Shown piece by piece: positions 36,965 to 51,832 of a stretch of DNA of 64,000 nt. Within the stretch, counting starts at the first letter, position 1. Each line of letters starts with the position of its first letter. Source of the stretch: Eledone cirrhosa (Eukaryota); assembly GCA_964016885.1 (NCBI GenBank), contig OZ024743.1:285820001-285884000 (forward strand), written 5' to 3'. The translations under genes were made by a program, and so were the position numbers. The notes under the pieces are model-generated. The model had not been told where the DNA came from and did no database searches. It worked only from the letters and a program-made list of their open reading frames with translations.

Positions 36965-37741
36965 TTTTTTACTTTTTAATTTTTCATACATCAAGTTGAT
37001 ATGATTTTTAAAAGTAAGTTGTAGAATGTGTGCATGCACTTACACGCATAATTAATCGTAAGGTCCCCACTGAATATAAAGAATATGATGAGTATTTTTG
37101 CTGTCCACTCGGTTCAGCCGCGTCGGCTTAAGCTGCAAGGTGAGACCTGCAGCATCCCAGCCATGCTTGATAATCCCGTCAAGAGTGGAAGGTGGTCGAC
37201 ACTATAGCGGCAACAATTGTATAAATGACATTAAAAATTGTTTAGAGGTCTTACAGAATGAAAATCTAGATAAAAAAAAGTCGAATCACGTCACTCCGCG
37301 TCTCAATGCGTTCGTGAGGTGAATGAGTTAAAACGAAGGAAGGAGGGTGGTGAAAATTCTACGGATAAAGAAAAACAAATCAAATAGCGTTTCATGATTT
37401 GCACAAGGCCTTGCACGGGTGAGTGTGGGTATGTGTGTATGTGTGATAGCGCTTTGCTCAGTGTTTACAGCGTTAGCCCTTGGTTTCGCCCGTGAATTCT
37501 TTCAGTCAAAAAGAAAATCACTCTTTTTCTTCTCTGTTTTTCTCGCTGTTTTTCCTCCTTGGAGCCTCTTGAAATGTGTTTACCATCATTCCTTTGATAT
37601 ATAACTATTATGCAATACACACCTGATAATGTCACTAGGTTCATACGTAACTTGACCACTGAAATGTGCTTAGTGTTTACGGGAATAAAAATTGGAAGGA
37701 ATTCAATCTGTCCTGCCTGCAGTCAATTTACTTTATAACAT

Positions 37742-37778
<37 letters not shown>

Positions 37779-37796
37779 GAGGGGGAGAAAGAGAGT

Positions 37797-37882
<86 letters not shown>

Positions 37883-38314
37883 GGAAGAGTGGGGGTGAGA
37901 GAGAGATAATTACGTATATATTTGTGTGTGTGATATTTGGTCGTTACTTGTTCTCTTAAATCGAAAGATGACCTGAAGAAAGTTATATTTTAATCTCGAC
38001 TAACCTGTAACTAAACAATATACAAATAACTGTTTCTACGTTAGGCACAAGGCCAGCAATTAACTAGTGCATTACTGGTACTTTATTTTATCGACCCCGT
38101 AAGGATGACAGGCAAAGTCAACTTTGGCGGGATTTGAACTCAGATCGTAAAGGGACTAACAGACATGAAAATGAGAATCCTATAACAGATACAGTTGAGT
38201 GATATGTAATGAAACATTGTTAAAAGATGAAGTAATACCTCCACTGTAATACCTCCACTGTAATTCTCTGTTACTAATATACAAATATGATAACTGAGAA
38301 TTAATGTCAACGCT

Positions 38315-38396
38315 GGTAGTGTGGCCGAGTGGTCTAAGGCGCTGGTTTTAGGCACCAGTCTCTTTGGAGGCGTGGGTTCGAATCCCATCACTGCCA
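38315..38396 (+). tRNA. tRNA-Leu(TAG)
   Basis: Matches array consensus. Confidence 0.95.
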
Positions 38397-39022
38397 ATAG
38401 TGTTTGTTTCCATACTTTTTTTCATATGGCCTTAATAATTGTATCAGCTATAGGCACCAGGCCATCATTTTGAATTCGATTAAATCGACTCCAGTGCATT
38501 ACTGGTGCTTTATTTTACCGACCCCCATAAGGATGAAATGCAAAGCTTAACCTCGGCAGGGTTTGACCTCAGAACGTTAAGGGACGTAACTCTATGTCGT
38601 AAAGCATAATGTCCTATGCTTTACCGATACTGTAATCCACCACCCTTCATATGGCCTTAATAATCAATAATATTTACACATAATACATAAAGGGAGTGAA
38701 AGTGGGGTGAAAAGAAGAAATGTGTGTCGTCTGAACTAATATCCTCTACTTTCAACTAACTTAGCCTACACCTCTTGGTCCCGGCTGACAGGATGGAGAA
38801 TACAGCGCCCAGGAGGACGGGTTTCGGACCTGCGGGCGGCCAACTCCGCTCCGATAGAAATGTGTAACATTGTGGCACGGTACCAATAAACACTTGAAGT
38901 CTCCACTACGACAGGCTCTACAACGAATTACATTTTAGTAAGAGATGAAGTAATACCACATCTGTCATTATCTTTGATATCTAATATGAAAATACTATAC
39001 CTAAACGTCGGAATTATCAAGT

Positions 39023-39104
39023 GGTAGCGTGGCCGAGCGGTCTAAGGCGCTGGTTTAAGGCACCAGTCTCTTCGGAGGCGTGGGTTCGAATCCCACCGCT
39101 GCCA
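39023..39104 (+). tRNA. tRNA-Leu(AAG)
   Basis: Matches array consensus. Confidence 0.97.
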
Positions 39105-39879
39105 TTTTTTATTTTTTAATTTTTCATACATCAAGTTGATATGATTTTTAAAAGTAAGTTGTAGAATGTGTGCATGCACTTACACGCATAATTAATCGTA
39201 AGGTCCCCACTGAATATAAAGAATATGATGAGTATTTTTGCTGTCCACTCGGTTCAGCCGCGTCGGCTTAAGCTGCAAGGTGAGACCTGCAGCATCCCAG
39301 CCATGCTTGATAATCCCGTCAAGAGTGGAAGGTGGTCGACACTATAGCGGCAACAATTGTATAAATGACATTAAAAATTGTTTAGAGGTCTTACAGAATG
39401 AAAATCTAGATTAAAAAAAGTCGAATCACGTCACTCCGCGTCTCAATGCGTTCGTGAGGTGAATGAGTTAAAACGAAAGAAGGAGGGTGGTGAAAATTCT
39501 ACGGATAAAGAAAAACAAATCAAATAGCGTTTCATGATTTGCACAAGGCCTTGCACGGGTGAGTGTGGGTATGTGTGTATGTGTGATAGCGCTTTGCTCA
39601 GTGTTTACAGCGTTAGCCCTTGGTTTCGCCCGTGAATTCTTTCAGTCAAAAAGAAAATCACTCTTTTTCTTCTCTGTTTTTCTCGCTGTTTTTCCTCCTT
39701 GGAGCCTCTTGAAATGTGTTTACCATCATTCCTTTGATATAAAACTATTATGCAATACACACCTGATAATGTCACTAGGTTCATACGTAACTTGACCACT
39801 GAAATGTCCTTAGTGTTTACGGGAATAAAAATTGGAAGGAATTCAATCTGTCCTGCCTGCAGTCAATTTACTTTATAAC

Positions 39880-40005
<126 letters not shown>

Positions 40006-40019
40006 AGAAAGAGAGTGAA

Positions 40020-40060
<41 letters not shown>

Positions 40061-40061
40061 G

Positions 40062-40105
<44 letters not shown>

Positions 40106-40537
40106 GGAAGAGTGAGGGTGAGAGAGAGATAATTACGTATATATTGGTGTGTGTGATATTTGGTCGTTACTTGTTCTCTTAAATCGAAAGATGACCTGAA
40201 GAAAGTTATATTTTAATCTCGACTAACCTGTAACTAAACAATATACAAATAACTGTTTCTACGTTAGGCACAAGGCCAGCAATTAACTAGTGCATTACTG
40301 GTACTTTATTTTATCGACCCCGTAAGGATGACAGGCAAAGTCAACTTTGGCGGGATTTGAACTCAGATCGTAAAGGGACTAACAGACATGAAATGGAGAA
40401 TCCTATAACAGATACAGTTGAGTGATATGTAATGAAACATTGTTAAAAGATGAAGTAATACCTCCATTGTAATACCTCCATTGTAATTCTCTGTTACTAA
40501 TATACAAATATGATAACTGAGAATTAATGTCAACGCT

Positions 40538-40619
40538 GGTAGTGTGGCCGAGTGGTCTAAGGCGCTGGTTTTAGGCACCAGTCTCTTTGGAGGCGTGGGT
40601 TCGAATCCCATCACTGCCA
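40538..40619 (+). tRNA. tRNA-Leu(TAG)
   Basis: Matches array consensus. Confidence 0.95.
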
Positions 40620-41246
40620 ATAGTGTTTGTTTCCGTACTTTTTTTCATATGGCCTTAATAATTGTATCAGCTATAGGCACCAGGCCATCATTTTGAATTC
40701 GATTAAATCGACTCCAGTGCATTACTGGTGCTTTATTTTACCGACCCCCATAAGGATGAAATGCAAAGCTTAACCTCGGCAGGGTTTGACCTCAGAACGT
40801 TAAGGGACGTAACTCTATGTCGTAAAGCATAATGTACTATGCTTTACCGATACTGTAATCCACCACCCTTCATATGGCCTTAATGATCAATAATATTTAC
40901 ACATAATACATAAAGTGAGTGAAAGTGGGGTGAAAAGAAGAAATGTGTGTCGTCTGAACTAATAGCCTCTACTTTCAACTAACTTAGCCTACACCTCTTG
41001 GTCCCGGCTGACAGGATGGAGAATACAGCGCCCAGGAGGACGGGTTTCGGACCTGCGGGCGGCCAACTCCGCTCCGATAGAAATGTGTAACATTGTGGCA
41101 CGGTACCAATAAACATTTGAAGTCTCCTCTACGACAGGCTCTACAACGAATTACATTTTAGTAAGAGATGAAGTTATACCACATCTGTCATTATCTTTGA
41201 CAATCTAATATGAAAATACTATACCTAAACGTCGGAATTATCAAGT

Positions 41247-41328
41247 GGTAGCGTGGCCGAGCGGTCTAAGACGCTGGTTTAAGGCACCAGTCTCTTCGGA
41301 GGCGTTGGTTCGAATCCCACCGCTGCTA
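41247..41328 (+). tRNA. tRNA-Leu(AAG) variant with 3 substitutions
   Basis: Same three changes as 34728 copy. Confidence 0.8.
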
Positions 41329-42118
41329 TTTTTTATTTTTTACTTTTTCATACATCAAGTTGATATGATTTTTAAAAGTAATTTGTAGAATGTGTGCATG
41401 CACTTACACGCATAATTAATCGTAAGGTCCCCACTGAATATAAAGAATATGATGAGTATTTTTGCTGTCCACTCGGTTCAGCCGCGTCGGCTTAAGCTGC
41501 AAGGTGAGACCTGCAGCATCCCAGCCATGCTTGATAATCCCGTCAAGAGTAGCATGGCGTGGAAGGTGGTCGACACTATAGCGGCAACAATTGTATAAAT
41601 GACATTAAAAATTGTTTAGAGGTCTTACAGAATGAAAATCTAGATTAAAAAAAGTCGAATCATGTCACTCCGCGTCTCAATGCGTTCGTGAGGTGAATGA
41701 GTTAAAACGAAGGAAGGAGGGTGGTGAAAATTCTACGGATAAACAAAAAAAAATCAAATAGCGTTTCATGATTTGCACAAAGCCTTGCACGGGTGAGTGT
41801 GGGTATGTGTGTATGTGTGATAGCGCTTTGCTCAGTGTTTACAGCGTTAGCCCTTGGTTTCGCCCGTGAATTCTTTCAGTCAAAAAGAAAATCCCCCTTT
41901 TTCTTCTCTGTTTTTCCTCGCTGTTTTTTCCTCCTTGGAGCCTCTTGAAATGTGTTTACCATCATTCCTTTGATATATAACTATTATGCAATACACACCT
42001 GATAATGTCACTAGGTTCATACGTAACTTGACCACTGAAATGTGCTTAGTGTTTACGGGAATAAAAATTGGAAGGAATTCAATCTGTCCTGCCTGCAGTC
42101 AATTTACTTTATAACATA

Positions 42119-42156
<38 letters not shown>

Positions 42157-42192
42157 TGGGGGGGGAGAGATAGATAGGGAGAGATAGAGAGA

Positions 42193-42259
<67 letters not shown>

Positions 42260-42692
42260 TGAAGAGTGGGGGATGAGAGAGAGATAATTACGTATATATT
42301 TGTGTGTGTGATATTTGGTCGTTACTTGTTCTCTTAAATCGAAAGATGACCTGAAGAAAGTTATATTTTAATCTCGACTAACCTGTAACTAAACAATATA
42401 CAAATAACTGTTTCTACGTTAGGCACAAGGCCACCAATTAACCAGTGCATTACTGGTACTTTATTTTATCGACCCCGTAAGGATGACAGGCAAAGTCAAC
42501 TTTGGCGGGATTTGAACTCAGATCGTAAAGGGACTAACAGACATGAAATGGAGAATCCTATAACATATACAGTTGAGTGATATGTAATGAAACATTGTTA
42601 AAAGATGAAGTAATACCTCCATTGTAATACCTCCACTGTAATTCTCTGTTACTAATATACAAATATGATAACTGAGAATTAATGTCAACGCT

Positions 42693-42774
42693 GGTAGTGT
42701 GGCCTAGTGGTCTAAGGCGCTGGTTTTAGGCACCAGTCTCTTTGGAGGCGTGGGTTCGAATCCCATCACTGCCA
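42693..42774 (+). tRNA. tRNA-Leu(TAG), GGCCTAG variant
   Basis: Single G>T at position 13. Confidence 0.9.
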
Positions 42775-43412
42775 ATAGTGTTTGTTACCTTACTTTTTTC
42801 ATATGGCCTTAATAATTGTATCAGCTATAGGCACCAGGCCATCAGTTTGAAGGGTGAGGTTGAAAGTCGATTAAATCGACTCCAGTGCATTACTGGTGCT
42901 TTATTTTATCGACCCCATAAGGATGAAATGCACAGATTAACCTCGACAGGGTTTGACCTCAGAACGTTAAGGACGTAACTCTATGTAGTAAAACATAATG
43001 TACTATGCTTTACCGATACTGTAATCCACCACCCTTCATATGGCCTTAATGATCAATAACATTTACACATAATACATAAAGGGAGTGAAAGTGGGGTTAA
43101 AAGAAGAAATGTGTGTCGTCTGAACTAATAGCCTCTACTTTCAACTAACTTAGCCTACACCTCTTGGTCCCGGCTGACAGGATGGAGAATACAGCGCCCA
43201 GGAGGACGGGTTTCGGACCTGCGGGCGGCCAACTCCGCTCCGATAGAAATGTGTAACATTGTGGCACGGTACCAATAAACACTTGAAGTCTCCTCTACGA
43301 CAGGCTCTACAACGAATTACATTTTAGTAAGAGATGAAGTAATACCACATCTGTCATTATCTTTGACAATCTAATATAAAAATACTATACCTAAACGTCG
43401 GAATTATCAAGT

Positions 43413-43494
43413 GGTAGCGTGGCCGAGCGGTCTAAGGCGCTGGTTTAAGGCACCAGTCTCTTCGGAGGCGTGGGTTCGAATCCCACCGCTGCCA
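43413..43494 (+). tRNA. tRNA-Leu(AAG)
   Basis: Matches array consensus. Confidence 0.97.
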
Positions 43495-44282
43495 TTTTTT
43501 ATTTTTTACTTTTTCATACATCAAGTTGATATGATTTTTAAAAGTAAGTTGTAGAATGTGTGCATGCACTTACACACATAATTAATCGTAAGGTCCCCAC
43601 TGAATATAAAGAATATGATGAGTATTTTTGCTGTCCACTCGGTTCAGCCGCGTCGGCTTAAGCTGCAAGGTGAGACCTGCAGCATCCCAGCCATGCTTGA
43701 TAATCCCGTCAAGAGTAGCATGGCGTGGAAGGTGGTCGACACTATAGCGGCAACAATTGTATAAATGACATTAAAAATTGTTTAGAGGTCTTACAGAATG
43801 AAAATCTAGATTAAAAAAAGTCGAATCACGTCACTCCGCGTCTCAATGCGTTCGTGAGGTGAATGAGTTAAAACGAAAGAAGGAGGGTGGTGAAGATTCT
43901 ACGGATAAAGAAAAACAAATCAAATAGCGTTTCATGATTTGCACAAAGCCTTGCACGGGTGAGTGTGGGTATGTGTGTATGTGTGATAGCGCTTTGCTCA
44001 GTGTTTACAGCGTTAGCCCTTGGTTTCGCCCGTGAATTCTTTCAGTCAAAAAGAAAATCACCCTTTTTCTTCTCTGTTTTTCTCGCTGTTTTTCCTCCTT
44101 GGAGCCTCTTGAAATGTGTTTACCATCATTCCTTTGATATATAACTATTATGCAATACACACCTGATAATGTCACTAGGTTCATACGTAACTTGACCACT
44201 GAAATGTGCTTAGTGTTTACGGGAATAAAAATTGGAAGGAATTCAATCTGTCCTGCCTGCAGTCAATTTACTTTATAACATA

Positions 44283-44320
<38 letters not shown>

Positions 44321-44355
44321 TGGGGGGGAGAGATAGATAGGGAGAGATAGAGAGA

Positions 44356-44436
<81 letters not shown>

Positions 44437-44869
44437 TGAAGAGTGGGGGATGAGAGAGAGATAATTACGTATATATTTGTGTGTGTGATATTTGGTCGTT
44501 ACTTGTTCTCTTAAATCGAAAGATGACCTGAAGAAAGTTATATTTTAATCTCGACTAACCTGTAACTAAACAATATACAAATAACTGTTTCTACGTTAGG
44601 CACAAGGCCACCAATTAACCAGTGCATTACTGGTACTTTATTTTATCGACCCCGTAAGGATGACAGGCAAAGTCAACTTTGGCGGGATTTGAACTCAGAT
44701 CGTAAAGGGACTAACAGACATGAAATGGAGAATCCTATAACATATACAGTTGAGTGATATGTAATGAAACATTGTTAAAAGATGAAGTAATACCTCCATT
44801 GTAATACCTCCACTGTAATTCTCTGTTACTAATATACAAATATGATAACTGAGAATTAATGTCAACGCT

Positions 44870-44951
44870 GGTAGTGTGGCCTAGTGGTCTAAGGCGCTGG
44901 TTTTAGGCACCAGTCTCTTTGGAGGCGTGGGTTCGAATCCCATCACTGCCA
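44870..44951 (+). tRNA. tRNA-Leu(TAG), GGCCTAG variant
   Basis: Single G>T at position 13. Confidence 0.9.
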
Positions 44952-45590
44952 ATAGTGTTTGTTACCTTACTTTTTTCATATGGCCTTAATAATTGTATCA
45001 GCTATAGGCACCAGGCCATCAGTTTGAAGGGTGAGGTTGAAAGTCGATTAAATCGACTCCAGTGCATTACTGGTGCTTTATTTTATCGACCCCATAAGGA
45101 TGAAATGCACAGATTAACCTCGACAGGGTTTGACCTCAGAACGTTAAGGGACGTAACTCTATGTAGTAAAACATAATGTACTATGCTTTACCGATACTGT
45201 AATCCACCACCCTTCATATGGCCTTAATGATCAATAACATTTACACATAATACATAAAGGGAGTGAAAGTGGGGTTAAAAGAAGAAATGTGTGTCGTCTG
45301 AACTAATAGCCTCTACTTTCAACTAACTTAGCCTACACCTCTTGGTCCCGGCTGACAGGATGGAGAATACAGCGCCCAGGAGGACGGGTTTCGGACCTGC
45401 GGGCGGCCAACTCCGCTCCGATAGAAATGTGTAACATTGTGGCACGGTACCAATAAACACTTGAAGTCTCCTCTACGACAGGCTCTACAACGAATTACAT
45501 TTTAGTAAGAGATGAAGTAATACCACATCTGTCATTATCTTTGACAATCTAATATAAAAATACTATACCTAAACGTCGGAATTATCAAGT

Positions 45591-45672
45591 GGTAGCGTGG
45601 CCGAGCGGTCTAATGCGCTGGTTTAAGGCACCAGTCTCTTCGGAGGCGTGGGTTCGAATCCCACCGCTGCCA
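45591..45672 (+). tRNA. tRNA-Leu(AAG), D-stem variant
   Basis: TAATGC instead of TAAGGC. Confidence 0.85.
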
Positions 45673-46459
45673 TTTTTTATTTTTTACTTTTTCATACATC
45701 AAGTTGATATGATTTTTAAAAGTAAGTTGTAGAATGTGTGCATGCACTTACACACATAATTAATCGTAAGGTCCCCACTGAATATAAAGAATATGATGAG
45801 TATTTTTGCTGTCCACTCGGTTCAGCCGCGTCGGCTTAAGCTGCAAGGTGAGACCTGCAGCATCCCAGCCATGCTTGATAATCCCGTCAAGAGTAGCATG
45901 GCGTGGAAGGTGGTCGACACTATAGCGGCAACAATTGTATAAATGACATTAAAAATTGTTTAGAGGTCTTACAGAATGAAAATCTAGATTAAAAAAAGTC
46001 GAATCACGTCACTCCGCGTCTCAATGCGTTCGTGAGGTGAATGAGTTAAAACGAAAGAAGGAGGGTGGTGAAGATTCTACGGATAAAGAAAAACAAATCA
46101 AATAGCGTTTCATGATTTGCACAAGGCCTTGCACGGGTGAGTGTGGGTATGTGTGTATGTGTGATAGCGCTTTGCTCAGTGTTTACAGCGTTAGCCCTTG
46201 GTTTCGCCCGTGAATTCTTTCAGTCAAAAAGAAAATCACTCTTTTTCTTCTCTGTTTTTCTCGCTGTTTTTCCTCCTTGGAGCCTCTTGAAATGTGTTTA
46301 CCATCATTCCTTTGATATAAAACTATTATGCAATACACACCTGATAATGTCACTAGGTTCATACGTAACTTGACCACTGAAATGTGCTTAGTGTTTACGG
46401 GAATAAAAATTGGAAAGAATTCAATCTATCCTGCCTGCAGTCAATTTACTTTATAACAT

Positions 46460-46500
<41 letters not shown>

Positions 46501-46511
46501 GAGGGGGAGAA

Positions 46512-46569
<58 letters not shown>

Positions 46570-47029
46570 TGAGAGAGAGAGATAGAGAGAGAGATGGGGA
46601 AGAGTGGGGGTGAGAGAGAGATAATTACGTATATATTTGTGTGTGTGATATTTGGTCGTTACTTGTTCTCTTAAATCGAAAGATGACCTGAAGAAAGTTA
46701 TATTTTAATCTCGACTAACCTGTAACTAAACAATATACAAATAACTGTTTCTACGTTAGGCACAAGGCCAGCAATTAACTAGTGCATTACTGGTACTTTA
46801 TTTTATCGACCCCGTAAGGATGACAGGCAAAGTCAACTTTGGCGGGATTTGAACTCAGATCGTAAAGGGACTAACAGACATGAAATGGAGAATCCTATAA
46901 CAGATACAGTTGAGTGATATGTAATGAAACATTGTTAAAAGATGAAGTAATACCTCCATTGTAATACCTCCATTGTAATTCTCTGTTACTAATATACAAA
47001 TATGATAACTGAGAATTAATGTCAACGCT

Positions 47030-47111
47030 GGTAGTGTGGCCGAGTGGTCTAAGGCGCTGGTTTTAGGCACCAGTCTCTTTGGAGGCGTGGGTTCGAATCC
47101 CATCACTGCCA
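47030..47111 (+). tRNA. tRNA-Leu(TAG)
   Basis: Matches array consensus. Confidence 0.95.
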
Positions 47112-47736
47112 ATAGTGTTTGTTACCTTACTTTTTTCATATGGCCTTAATAATTGTATCAGCTATAGGCACCAGGCCATCAGTTTGAATTCGATTAAATC
47201 GACTCCAGTGCATTACTGGTGCTTTATTTTACCGACCCCCATAAGGATGAAATGCAAAGCTTAACCTCGGCAGGGTTTGACCTCAGAACGTTAAGGGACG
47301 TAACTCTATGTCGTAAAGCATAATGTCCTATGCTTTACCGATACTGTAATCCACCACCCTTCATATGGCCTTAATAATCAATAATATTTACACATAATAC
47401 ATAAAGGGAGTGAAAGTGGGGTGAAAAGAAGAAATGTGTGTCGTCTGAACTAATATCCTCTACTTTCAACTAACTTAGCCTACACCTCTTGGTCCCGGCT
47501 GACAGGATGGAGAATACAGCGCCCAGGAGGACGGGTTTCGGACCTGCGGGCGGCCAACTCCGCTCCGATAGAAATGTGTAACATTGTGGCACGGTACCAA
47601 TAAACACTTGAAGTCTCCACTACGACAGGCTCTACAACGAATTACATTTTAGTAAGAGATGAAGTAATACCACATCTGTCATTATCTTTGATATCTAATA
47701 TGAAAATACTATACCTAAACGTCGGAATTATCAAGT

Positions 47737-47818
47737 GGTAGCGTGGCCGAGCGGTCTAAGGCGCTGGTTTAAGGCACCAGTCTCTTCGGAGGCGTGGGTT
47801 CGAATCCCACCGCTGCCA
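47737..47818 (+). tRNA. tRNA-Leu(AAG)
   Basis: Matches array consensus. Confidence 0.97.
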
Positions 47819-48605
47819 TTTTTTATTTTTTACTTTTTCATACATCAAGTTGATATGATTTTTAAAAGTAAGTTGTAGAATGTGTGCATGCACTTACACG
47901 CATAATTAATCGTAAGGTCCCCACTGAATATAAAGAATATGATGAGTATTTTTGCTGTCCACTCGGTTCAGCCGCGTCGGCTTAAGCTGCAAGGTGAGAC
48001 CTGCAGCATCCCAGCCATGCTTGATAATCCCGTCAAGAGTAGCATGGCGTGGAAGGTGGTCGACACTATAGCGGCAACAATTGTATAAATGACATTAAAA
48101 ATTGTTTAGAGGTCTTACAGAATGAAAATCTAGATTAAAAAAAGTCGAATCACGTCATTCCGCGTCTCAATGCGTTCGTGAGGTGAATGAGTTAAAACGA
48201 AAGAAGGAGGGTGGTGAAGATTCTACGGATAAAGAAAAACAAATCAAATAGCGTTTCATGATTTGCACAAGGCCTTGCACGGGTGAGTGTGGGTATGTGT
48301 GTATGTGTGATAGCGCTTTGCTCAGTGTTTACAGCGTTAGCCCTTGGTTTCGCCCGTGAATTCTTTCAGTCAAAAAGAAAATCACTCTTTTTCTTCTCTG
48401 TTTTTCTCGCTGTTTTTCCTCCTTGGAGCCTCTTGAAATGTGTTTACCATCATTCCTTTGATATAAAACTATTATGCAATACACACCTGATAATGTCACT
48501 AGGTTCATACGTAACTTGACCACTGAAATGTGCTTAGTGTTTACGGGAATAAAAATTGGAAAGAATTCAATCTATCCTGCCTGCAGTCAATTTACTTTAT
48601 AACAT

Positions 48606-48642
<37 letters not shown>

Positions 48643-48653
48643 GAGGGGGAGAA

Positions 48654-48719
<66 letters not shown>

Positions 48720-49179
48720 TGAGAGAGAGAGATAGAGAGAGAGATGGGGAAGAGTGGGGGTGAGAGAGAGATAATTACGTATATATTTGTGTGTGTGATA
48801 TTTGGTCGTTACTTGTTCTCTTAAATCGAAAGATGACCTGAAGAAAGTTATATTTTAATCTCGACTAACCTGTAACTAAACAATATACAAATAACTGTTT
48901 CTACGTTAGGCACAAGGCCAGCAATTAACTAGTGCATTACTGGTACTTTATTTTATCGACCCCGTAAGGATGACAGGCAAAGTCAACTTTGGCGGGATTT
49001 GAACTCAGATCGTAAAGGGACTAACAGACATGAAATGGAGAATCCTATAACAGATACAGTTGAGTGATATGTAATGAAACATTGTTAAAAGATGAAGTAA
49101 TACCTCCATTGTAATACCTCCATTGTAATTCTCTGTTACTAATATACAAATATGATAACTGAGAATTAATGTCAACGCT

Positions 49180-49261
49180 GGTAGTGTGGCCGAGTGGTCT
49201 AAGGCGCTGGTTTTAGGCACCAGTCTCTTTGGAGGCGTGGGTTCGAATCCCATCACTGCCA
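49180..49261 (+). tRNA. tRNA-Leu(TAG)
   Basis: Matches array consensus. Confidence 0.95.
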
Positions 49262-49605
49262 ATAGTGTTTGTTACCTTACTTTTTTCATATGGCCTTAAT
49301 AATTGTATCAGCTATAGGCACCAGGCCATCAGTTTGAAGGGTGAGGTTGAAAGTCGATTAAATCGACTCCAGTGCATTACTGGTGCTTTATTTTATCGAC
49401 CCCATAAGGATGACAGGCAAAGTCAACTTTGGCGGGATTTGAACTCAGATCGTAAAGGGACTAACAGACATGAAAATGAGAATCCTATAACAGATACAGT
49501 TGAGTGATATGTAATGAAACATTGTTAAAAGATGAAGTAATACCTCCATTGTAATTCTCTGTTACTAATATACAAATATGATAACTGAGAATTAATGTCA
49601 ACGCT

Positions 49606-49687
49606 GGTAGTGTGGCCGAGTGGTCTAAGGCGCTGGTTTTAGGCACCAGTCTCTTTGGAGGCGTGGGTTCGAATCCCATCACTGCCA
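49606..49687 (+). tRNA. tRNA-Leu(TAG), extra copy within unit 9
   Basis: Matches array consensus; 426 bp after previous copy. Confidence 0.95.
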
Positions 49688-50313
49688 ATAGTGTTTGTTT
49701 CCATACTTTTTTTCATATGGCCTTAATAATTGTATCAGCTATAGGCACCAGGCCATCATTTTGAATTCGATTAAATCGACTCCAGTGCATTACTGGTGCT
49801 TTATTTTACCGACCCCCATAAGGATGAAATGCAAAGCTTAACCTCGGCAGGGTTTGACCTCAGAACGTTAAGGGACGTAACTCTATGTCGTAAAGCATAA
49901 TGTCCTATGCTTTACCGATACTGTAATCCACCACCCTTCATATGGCCTTAATAATCAATAATATTTACACATAATACATAAAGGGAGTGAAAGTGGGGTG
50001 AAAAGAAGAAATGTGTGTCGTCTGAACTAATATCCTCTACTTTCAACTAACTTAGCCTACACCTCTTGGTCCCGGCTGACAGGATGGAGAATACAGCGCC
50101 CAGGAGGACGGGTTTCGGACCTGCGGGCGGCCAACTCCGCTCCGATAGAAATGTGTAACATTGTGGCACGGTACCAATAAACACTTGAAGTCTCCACTAC
50201 GACAGGCTCTACAACGAATTACATTTTAGTAAGAGATGAAGTAATACCACATCTGTCATTATCTTTGATATCTAATATGAAAATACTATACCTAAACGTC
50301 GGAATTATCAAGT

Positions 50314-50395
50314 GGTAGCGTGGCCGAGCGGTCTAAGGCGCTGGTTTAAGGCACCAGTCTCTTCGGAGGCGTGGGTTCGAATCCCACCGCTGCCA
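50314..50395 (+). tRNA. tRNA-Leu(AAG)
   Basis: Matches array consensus. Confidence 0.97.
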
Positions 50396-51183
50396 TTTTT
50401 TATTTTTTACTTTTTCATACATCAAGTTGATATGATTTTTAAAAGTAAGTTGTAGAATGTGTGCATGCACTTACACGCATAATTAATCGTAAGGTCCCCA
50501 CTGAATATAAAGAATATGATGAGTATTTTTGCTGTCCACTCGGTTCAGCCGCGTCGGCTTAAGCTGCAAGGTGAGACCTGCAGCATCCCAGCCATGCTTG
50601 ATAATCCCGTCAAGAGTAGCATGGCGTGGAAGGTGGTCGACACTATAGCGGCAACAATTGTATAAATGACATTAAAAATTGTTTAGAGGTCTTACAGAAT
50701 GAAAATCTAGATTAAAAAAAGTCGAATCACGTCACTCCGCGTCTCAATGCGTTCGTGAGGTGAATGAGTTAAAACGAAAGAAGGAGGGTGGTGAAAATTC
50801 TACGGATAAAGAAAAACAAATCAAATAGCGTTTCATGATTTGCACAAGGCCTTGCACGGGTGAGTGTGGGTATGTGTGTTTGTGTGATAGCGCTTTGCTC
50901 AGTGTTTACAGCGTTAGCCCTTGGTTTCGCCCGTGAATTCTTTCAGTCAAAAAGAAAATCACTCTTTTTCTTCTCTGTTTTTCTCGCTGTTTTTCCTCCT
51001 TGGAGCCTCTTGAAATGTGTTTACCATCATTCCTTTGATATAAAACTATTATGCAATACACACCTGATAATGTCATTAGGTTCATACGTAACTTGACCAC
51101 TGAAATGTGCTTAGTGTTTACGGGAATAATAATTGGAAGGAATTCAATCTGTCCTGCCTGCAGTCAATTTACTTTATAACATA

Positions 51184-51225
<42 letters not shown>

Positions 51226-51236
51226 GAGGGGGAGAA

Positions 51237-51299
<63 letters not shown>

Positions 51300-51750
51300 G
51301 AGATAGAGAGAGAGATGGGGAAGAGTGGGGGTGAGAGAGAGATAATTACGTATATATTTGTGTGTGTGATATTTGGTCGTTACTTGTTCTCTTAAATCGA
51401 AAGATGACCTGAAGAAAGTTATATTTTAATCTCGACTAACCTGTAACTAAACAATATACAAATAACTGTTTCTACGTTAGGCACAAGGCCAGCAATTAAC
51501 TAGTGCATTACTGGTACTTTATTTTATCGACCCCGTAAGGATGACAGGCAAAGTCAACTTTGGCGGGATTTGAACTCAGATCGTAAAGGGACTAACAGAC
51601 ATGAAAATGAGAATCCTATAACAGATACAGTTGAGTGATATGTAATGAAACATTGTTAAAAGATGAAGTAATACCTCCATTGTAATACCTCCATTGTAAT
51701 TCTCTGTTACTAATATACAAATATGATAACTGAGAATTAATGTCAACGCT

Positions 51751-51832
51751 GGTAGTGTGGCCGAGTGGTCTAAGGCGCTGGTTTTAGGCACCAGTCTCTT
51801 TGGAGGCGTGGGTTCGAATCCCATCACTGCCA
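51751..51832 (+). tRNA. tRNA-Leu(TAG)
   Basis: Matches array consensus. Confidence 0.95.
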
